Below are positions 55,999 through 64,000 of a stretch of 64,000 nt of DNA, in pieces (the first letter of the stretch is position 1; each line of letters begins with the position of its first letter). Source of the DNA: Eledone cirrhosa (Eukaryota); the NCBI GenBank assembly GCA_964016885.1, contig OZ024743.1, positions 45,508,001 to 45,572,000 on the forward strand, in the 5' to 3' direction. The notes under the pieces were generated by a model, which saw nothing but the letters and a program-made list of their open reading frames with translations, ran no database searches and had not been told where the DNA came from. Both the position numbers and the translations under genes were made by a program.

Positions 55999-56048
55999 AC
56001 AGGTACTCAAGTTTCATTAGGTTTTGGACCCCAATTCATTCAGCCTGT
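55999..56048 (-). ncRNA. Hammerhead with a one-nucleotide core insertion (CUGAAUGA)
   Basis: RC: acagg CTGAATGA attggg gtccaaaa cctaat GAAAC ttga GTA cctgt. Confidence 0.6.
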
Positions 56049-56175
56049 CATGGGAAAAATAAAAACAAAGAGTACCTGTTTATGTCACTGTTGTAATTAT
56101 TTATACTAAACTCGTCCTATGGACTGGGTGCTCTTTCTCTTGGCTCTTGGATATTTCCACTTAACCTTTACTTCA

Positions 56176-56211
<36 letters not shown>

Positions 56212-56402
56212 ACAAGGAGAAAGAGACGTCTATTAGGGAGAAAAATATATTTTTTTCCTTTTTGTTTCTCTCTCTCTTTTTTCTGGGTTAGAAAATGATT
56301 AAAACGAAATGTTTTACTTCGTGTGAAGTGTTAAGTTATTAGTTGATTTATTTATTATTTAACAATTGCATTTATTTATCTATATATATATTTAATAATT
56401 GT

Positions 56403-56444
56403 CTATTACCGGTTTCAGCATTTTTATGCATTATCAAATGATAG
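56403..56444 (-). ncRNA. Minimal hammerhead, U3-A8 covariant core
   Basis: RC: ctatcat TTGATAA t gcat aaaa atgc t GAAACCGGTA atag; stem I weak. Confidence 0.5.
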
Positions 56445-56721
56445 TGAAATGTATTCGTGTGGTGTCGCACATGTTAAACAGAGGGTGCAGAAAGAATAAT
56501 GTTATTTACAAACAAGGTTTATGAAGTGAAAAGAAAAAAGAAAAAGAAAAAAAACGTGCATAATGTAGAGCATAAAAGGTTAATGTGGAAGAAAAAATAA
56601 TGTTATTTACAGCATAGTTATTGAAGTTAAGCAGATCAAAATGTGTTAATATAGCAAGATTGCTTAGTTGATCCATGATTCCATGATGGAGGCAAATCGT
56701 GGACTGGGGTTTGATATATAT

Positions 56722-56815
<94 letters not shown>

Positions 56816-56858
56816 AGAGAGAGAGAGAGAGAGAGAGAAAAGGCTTGAGTACCTTATA

Positions 56859-56904
<46 letters not shown>

Positions 56905-57121
56905 ATATATTGCTCTGATTGTTAATTATCTATTTAATTAATTCGTCATTGAGCCAAAAATATACATATATCTATGGCTCTGTCTAGTTAAATTTTATAT
57001 ACTCTCGTAAGGTTGAGTAAAACTTTAGGCAGTATTTGGCTGCACTTTCTAGCAACCAGCCTACTCGCCGACACGCACCAATCACAAACTTTCTGCCTTG
57101 ACCACTAGCCACGTGACGATT

Positions 57122-57558
57122 TGTGGTAAAATGTAATGCATCCTAGTTGGATAGTTCAATGACATAGACGTGAGGGAAGGTCCCTCGTCTATTTACCATT
57201 TTGTGTTTGTGAGAATTATAAGATAGTGAGTGAGTGTGTGTGCAAACAAGACAATAACCACAACGAGAGAGTTAAATTCAACAATTGTAAATAATGGTGA
57301 TTTATTTACACTACAAATGGAGCATACCAAATGTTGACGTAGTCAGTTGTGGTGAAAGGAACGTATTACCATTACAAAAGTATTGTTGGGTTTATTGTTT
57401 GCTGTTCCCTTTGCGGCTTTCTATGGCGTGGTACAGAGGCTGTTTTCTGGCGTGTGATCAGTCTGCTTTCTAGTGGCTGTCTGTTTACTCCTCGCGTTCT
57501 CAACCAGCGGGAGATAACTAGGGTTGTTCTATCAAGAGGCGTGAGGCGTCTTACTACA
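57122..57558 (-). repeat. 3' LTR
   Basis: About 7 substitutions and one 2-bp indel versus 61380-61814 (manual count). Confidence 0.93.
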
Positions 57559-57782
57559 GTATCCCCTGCCAGATTTTCAAATCATCGAAAATCGATGTCA
57601 TTACTCACATGCGGAGTAAGATGGCGATCAATGCAACAAGGGGGAGCTATTCGCTCTACCAAAAATTGAATCCAGAATAAGGATTTGAAAAATGTTTAAA
57701 AAAAACAACATGCATGCATAAAAAACAAGGCAAAGAAAAAGCAGAAACACAGAGGCAAAAAAAAAGGTGCAGCTAACATAGT

Positions 57783-60736
57783 CTAAATATAGACGGTGCT
57801 GCAAACTTTTTTGGGCCAGTGGACCCTACGATCTGAAAGGGTCGTGGTCTTGTAACGTGGCGATGGTGGTGGTGTAGGGACAGGCGATGATGGTGGTTCA
57901 GGAACAGGCGTTCGCTCAACAGGCAAATACGAAGGGGTTCGTGGATCAGGAACCACAGCGTCCGTGTCAAGGTGCACCTGCTTAAGCCTGTCTATTGTAA
58001 CTGTCTCCCTGGACCCCTTAATATCCAACGTGAAATGCTTAGCCGAGCGCGCTAAGACACGGTAAGGTCCAGTGTAAGGCTGTGTGAGCGGCGGCTTCAC
58101 AGAATCTTTCCTAACAAAGACATGCGTCCACGAGGCAATATCTCTCGGGACAGCAGTCTTGACAGTTTGTTTCCTAGTGTCCATTGGCGGCAAATCCTGG
58201 AAATAGGACCGCAAACGGGACACGTAGGAAGCGTGATCTTGGGCATCAACATCGATAGGGGCAAGCATTTGCCGAGCAACGTCAGAGGGGCACCGTACAG
58301 TACTTCGGCCGGTGAAAATCCAAAGTTGACCGAATCCCTAGTAGCACAATAGGGAGGTACTCGCTCAATGCGCCGAGTCCATTGAGGCCATTAAGGAGGC
58401 CTTCAGTTGTCGGTGAAAACACTCCACCATACCATTCGAAGCGGGATGGTACGCCGTAGTTCTAATGCGTTTAGCACCAATTAATTTTGACAGCTCGAGG
58501 AAAAGGCTCGACTCGAACTGTCGTCCACCGTCGGTAGTTATTGTGGATGGAACTCCATAACGAGATATCCATCCAGATACAAGAGCACGTGCTGTTGTCT
58601 CCGCGGTGATGTTTTTCAAGGGGATGGCCTCAGGCCATCTCGAAAAACGGTCAATGATGGTCAGCAGATAAGAATAACCATCGCTGACAGGCCAAGGTCC
58701 CACTATGTCAATATGAATATGAGAAAAACGCTCATCTGGGTTAGCAAAGGTACCCAGGGGAGCCTTGACGTGTCGATGGACCGTTGATCTCTAGCAAGCG
58801 ACGCAGGAACGGCACCAAGCAGCAATTTCACGCCTCATATTTGGTCAGAAAAATCTAGCTGATATGAGCTTTGCTGTGGCAGAAGATCCTGGATGCGAGA
58901 TACTATGTAATGCCAGAAACACGGTCCGATGATGATTCTCTGGAACGAAGGGCCTAGGCACGTCCAAAGAGACGTCGCAGAGGATTTGGCCAACTGCAGT
59001 CGACAGAGGCAAGTATTTCATCTCGCAATTCGCAAACTCAGGTGATGTAACATCCAATGACTCAAGGGGAAGCTGATCCGCAGCCAAACGAGTCAGATCT
59101 ATGTCAGAGGGTGACGAGATCGCTGTCACGGGTAAGCGGGACAAAGCATCGGCCGCTGTATTTAGTGAACCCGGAATGTGCTGGATATCACTCGTATATT
59201 GTGAGATGAAATCAAGGTGTCTCGTCTCTCTGGGCGAGTATTTATCAGCCTTCGCTCTCAAAGCAAAAGTCAATGGTTTATGGTCAGTGAGGATAGTAAA
59301 TTGTCTACCCTCTAGCACATGTGAAAATTGTTTCACGGCCAAATAGATGGCTAAAAGCTCTCTTCCAAAGGTTCTGTAGCGCGTCTCAGCAGGTTTCAGC
59401 TTTCTGGAAAAAAACTCCAGCGGTTGCTGGTAACCATTGATGTTTTGGTGTAGTACTGCGCCCACAGCGATATCCGATGCATCAACACAAAGCGTTAGCT
59501 TTGCACCGGGTACCGGGTGAGTCAGTAACGAAGCATTAGCCAAAGCAGTTTTGGCGTGCTGAAAATCAGCAAGTTGAGTGTCTGTCAAAGAAATATCTTT
59601 GTTCTTCCTCCGACAATTTTTCAAAATTTCTGTCAGGGAGAAAAGCAATTTTGCACAATTTGGCACCAAACGCCTATAAAAGTTAATCAGATCTAAGAAC
59701 GGGCGTAACTGACGTAGTGAGGTCGGTGGAGGCAAATCCTCTATGACCTTAACTCGCTCAGGCCGGGGTCGAATACCGTCAGCATCGATGACGTGACCCA
59801 AGAAAGTCAGTGACTCAGCACCAAAAACACATTTGGGCGCATTAAGCTGCACGTTATACGCCTTCAATCGGCGGAAAGAAGATTCAAATGGTGCGTATGT
59901 TGCTCTTGAGAAGAACTAGCAATGAGCAGGTCGTCAATATAGGTATAGACGAAATCGAGGCCGCGAGTAACCTCATCCATAAACCGCTGAAAAGTACTAG
60001 CGGCATTCCTTAATCCGAACGGCATAGTCAAAAACTCGAATGACCCAAATGGCGTAACTATAGCCGTTTTTGGAATGTCATTTTTATGGACAGGAATTTG
60101 ATGGTACGCACGAATTAAATCCAGTTTGGAGAATATCTTGCATCCCTGCAACGAAGACGCAAAGTCTTGCAGATGAGGGATAGAATAACGGTCCGGTACC
60201 GTTATCGAATTTAGGCGTCGATAATCTCCAGTAGGTCTCCAATCGCCATTCGCTTTCGGTACCATGTGTAATGGGGACGCCCACGAGCTCGTGGAAGGAC
60301 GAATAATCCCCATTTGCAGCATATGATCAAACTCTGATCGTGCTGCTTTGAGTTTGTCCGGAGGCAAGCGACGAGGACGAGAAAAAACGGGAGCACCAGT
60401 TGTAGATATGAAGTGCTCCGTGGTATGAGTTGGTTCATCAACTCGAAAATTTCTCTGAGTCAGTTGCGGGAACGAGTTCAACAGCGCATTGTAAGGATCA
60501 CCGGTGTTAGCAAGAAAAAAGGTCGGGCTAACCGTTGGAACTCCTGCTGCCTTGCCAACAACAGTTAATCCAGTGATTAGGTCTTGGACCGAATCTGCTA
60601 GATTAGGGGGAAGTCCGCTAATCAGTACAGCGAGGCGCTGGTCAGATTCGGTCTTACAGACCGTAAAATACGCCTGTAACTGGGCAAACCACATCTTAGG
60701 TTTTCCAGTAAAGGCGGGCATATGTGGCACATTCAT
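57783..60736 (-). pseudogene. pol: gag-pol remnant: Gag N-terminus fused to RT-RNase H-integrase; frameshifts and stops
   Basis: WFAQ gag motif; [26 protein letters not shown]; DAS..RELLAI..TDHKPL; HPG..CxxC; [25 protein letters not shown]; PYTGPY. Confidence 0.9.
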
Positions 60737-61363
60737 GGTAACGTTTAAAATTAAAAAAATATATATATACATATATATCTAAACAGCAATTAATGTACCC
60801 TCGTACAGTGAAAAGCGAACAGCCAAAATTGAGAAAAAGTTAAAGGTCAAAAAGAAACAGACATTCAAAACATTAGGAAATATGAAAAATACATAAAATA
60901 CATATATATATCTTTTAAAAAAAAAATGTTCCATCAACTTCTGTCCCCTCGTGTTGCTTCAACGAACCAGCCAAATCAAATAAGGTGAAAAAGAGAAAAA
61001 AAATGTTTGTTTTACAATATATCCACGCTGGATATCAACAAAGGTAGTCAGTGGCTAAAAATCCCTTAGAAAAAGGTAAGGCATGTATATACCCTGCGGG
61101 GCAGTAATGTTCACAAAAAAAGTTTCATCTCTTTTCTCTTGATCAGTCATGGAACACACACGCAATTCCAAAAATGTCCCCGTCCTGGCGGAAAATTACA
61201 AAACGGGGAAGGAACGCAACGCCATCTTGGAAAAATTCTCTTTTTTTTTTTTATTTGTGTAAGTTGCGAAAAGGTTGGCAACGGCAGTGAAATATTCCAG
61301 TGAATAATACGGGCTGCTTTAAATTATTTACACGAATGAATAAAAAGGCTAGATAAAATTCTT

Positions 61364-61378
61364 ACGTCGGGGTCACCA
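61364..61378 (-). promoter_or_regulatory. Primer-binding site complementary to the tRNA-Trp 3' end
   Basis: RC TGGTGACCCCGACGT, 1 nt from the 5' LTR. Confidence 0.85.
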
Positions 61379-61379
61379 G

Positions 61380-61814
61380 TGTGGTAAAATATAATGCATC
61401 CTAGTTGGATAGTTCAATGACATAGACGTGAGGGAAGGTCCCTCGTCTATTTACCATTTTGTGTTTGTGAGAATTATAACAAAGTGAGTGAGTGTGTGCG
61501 CAAACAAGACAATAACCACAACGAGAGTTAAATTCAATAATTGTAAATAATGGTGATTTATTTACACTACAAATGGAGCATACCAAATGTTGACGTAGTC
61601 AGTTGTGGTGAAAGGAACGTATTACCATTACAAAAGTATTGTTGGGTTTATTGTTTGCTGTTCCCTTTGCGGCTTTCTGTGGCGTGGTACAGAGGCTGTT
61701 TTCTGGCGTGTGATCAGTCTGCTTTCTAGTGGCTGTCTGTTTACTCCTCGCGTTCTCAACCAACGGGAGATAACTAGGGTTGTTCTATCAAGAGGCGTGA
61801 GGCGTCTTACTACA
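61380..61814 (-). repeat. 5' LTR
   Basis: Adjacent to the PBS. Confidence 0.93.
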
Positions 61815-62255
61815 GATTCTTAGCCACTTTGAATTCGTTTCTGGCGGAGATCTTGTAAAAAAGATTTTTGTCCAATTGAGTTTATCTCCTGATGATTTCC
61901 AATCTCGTTGATTTATCCAAGATCGGATATATCCAAAAAGGAATGAAACTGGCGGCAGTAGAAATACGTTGATGATTTTGGTATGTTTATGTACATTTTT
62001 TCTTCTAACTTTAATTTTGTACATAATTATGTATGGTTAACTATACGTTTAGTCAATTTCTAGAGGCTATCAGAAATACTGGATAAATTTTCTGTAGCTG
62101 TGAGTCGCGGATAATGAGCTATATTATTTACCTATTACTTCTTCATAAGTATATTTTAAACTTATAGCCTCGTTTAAATGATTTTTTGTGTGGTTGATTT
62201 CTGCTGATTGGGAGAAGAAATATTGTATATATTTTATCTAATGATTCTATGGACT

Positions 62256-62321
<66 letters not shown>

Positions 62322-62323
<2 letters not shown>

Positions 62324-63459
62324 TATTCTAGGGCGGGTAAAATTCCCGAGATCCATGGACGAGTTCTCTCCAGCTGTCTCTGTCCCTCATTATCGCTGCC
62401 ATGTCCTGCGTCTCCAACAGGCCAGTGTCTACCTTAGGGCATCAACATACGTTAACCTTGGTCTTCCTCTTCCAGTGTGTCCATGTCGGGGCTCCCACAG
62501 GAGCACTGAGTGCAATGTCAACTCTGGATGTCGGTGAGCATGTCCAGCTAACCTCAGTCTCCTCTGTATCACTTTTGAGCTGACGTTTGGGAGGCTCCCA
62601 TACAGCTCTGAGTTTTTCATCCTCAGTTTATACTGATTGATTAATGTTCAGAGCCATCCTCAGCATTCTCGTGTAGCACCCATCCACTATCTTAGTGAGT
62701 TTCTTGGTCAGTGTCCAAGTCTCAGACCCGTACAGCAGTACAGACTCCACTACAGCAATGAAGAGGCGGATTTTCCGGTCTTCACGAAGGTCCAACTTCC
62801 ACACCGATCTTAAGCTGTGGCACGCCGCCGAGGCTTTGCTCTTCCTCTCAACAACATCATCTTCCGTAATCCCAATCTTTGCTCCCAAATACAGGAAGTT
62901 CTCAACCAATTCTAGCGGTTTCCCTCCTACATTAATGATCCCTTCTGGCTTCTCAACATTCTCTACCAGATATTTTGTTTTAGTCTCATTCATTCTCAGC
63001 CCCACACTCATTGACACAGTCTCAACCTCCTGCATCAAATCCTCTGCTCCTTTCACTGTATTTGTCACCAAAACTATGTCGTCAGGAAATTCAGCATCCG
63101 ATATGTTTTTCGCCATACTCTCCAGCTCTGAGCCGGTGCTACAGTAAAGCCAGAGTCCTGGGTTTTTCTCCAGTGCAAGGTGCATACAATAGTCCACTAA
63201 GATGATGAGGAGGATATTAGAGGAAGCTAGAGCAAAGTGCTTTCCTGCGGTCATGGTTTTCATTGACTTTAGGAAGTCCTTTGATTCTGTGGACCGTCAC
63301 TGCCTGGTGAAGATCTTACAGGCTTATGGAATCCCAAAGAAGATAGTGGACCTGGTATCACACCAACACCAAAGCCAAAGTCATTGCACCTGATTGGATG
63401 GCAGAGTTCTTTGAGATACTGGCTGGAGTGCTCCAGGGAGATACATTGGCTGCCTACCT

Positions 63460-63463
<4 letters not shown>
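62322..63463 (-). mobile_element. RTE-like LINE, 5'-truncated with 5' inversion (63208-63463 on +)
   Basis: Minus strand IILVDY..FPDD..NETKTK..FLYLG..LLYGSETW..RGRP; plus strand FIDFRKSFDSV..GVLQGDTLA.YLF. Confidence 0.88.
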
Positions 63464-63514
<51 letters not shown>

Positions 63515-64000
63515 GTAATTCCGTCGGAAAGGTCCAGGAAAAAAGAGTGCTCTATGTAAGTTACAGAGCTTATTAGTTATGTAATAAACAACATAAGATA
63601 ATTATTTCATTTACCAGTGGTTTTTTGAAAGCAACCAAAATTACTTTCGTTCACAGAATGAAAAAATCCTGGTGTTTTATTGACAGTGGATTTGAAAAAA
63701 AAATATAACATATGAAAGTGAGGCTGGAGGGAAAAAAAGGGGAGGGTGAAGAATAATAAATAAGAATATATAACAACACACACGAACACACACACACGCA
63801 CAATCGCACACAAACGCACATATACACACATATATACATATATACATACATATATACACGCATATATACACATATATATACACAGAGACACATATACACG
63901 CACATATACATACATATATATATATATATCCATACATAAACACACCAACACATATATATATGAAAAGAACGATCGACTTTCGTCAAATCGGACCGAGGGA

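Larger units (their letters stand above)
57122..61814 (-). mobile_element. Ty3/gypsy LTR retrotransposon (CsRn1/Kabuki-like), internally deleted
   Basis: TG..CA LTRs at 57122-57558 and 61380-61814; 4-bp TSD GATT; tRNA-Trp PBS; RT, RNase H and integrase. Confidence 0.93.

Noticed and set aside
57349-57669. Duplicated ORF MVKGTYY.. (also at 61605)
   Set aside because: Lies antisense within the LTRs; no recognisable domain

Overview
AT-rich, gene-poor eukaryotic DNA, probably from an octopod cephalopod (inferred from Nin-domain SINEs and tRNA-derived SINEs of octopus type; no database check). I could not support any host exon. The window is a mosaic of degenerate mobile elements, mostly embedded in (TA)n microsatellites. 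It holds many Penelope-like elements (Hydra-type and Naiad-type), two R4/Dong-like RLE LINE ends, one CR1/L2-group LINE, RTE-like LINE fragments (one with a twin-priming inversion), an internally deleted Ty3/gypsy element with a tRNA-Trp PBS, a deleted DD37D (maT) transposon, non-autonomous Helitron-like elements and SINEs. The most striking hidden layer is about 23 type-I hammerhead ribozyme (HHR) folds read by eye on both strands. They include U3-A8 covariant, U4A and +1-nt core variants and stem II expansions of about 100 nt. Two non-coding tandem units bounded by HHR cleavage sites (593 nt and 328 nt) look like retrozymes or circRNA sources. Fold-back inverted repeats are pervasive, the largest being a 3.1 kb near-perfect Penelope palindrome. 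All folds and coordinates are manual and need computational confirmation.
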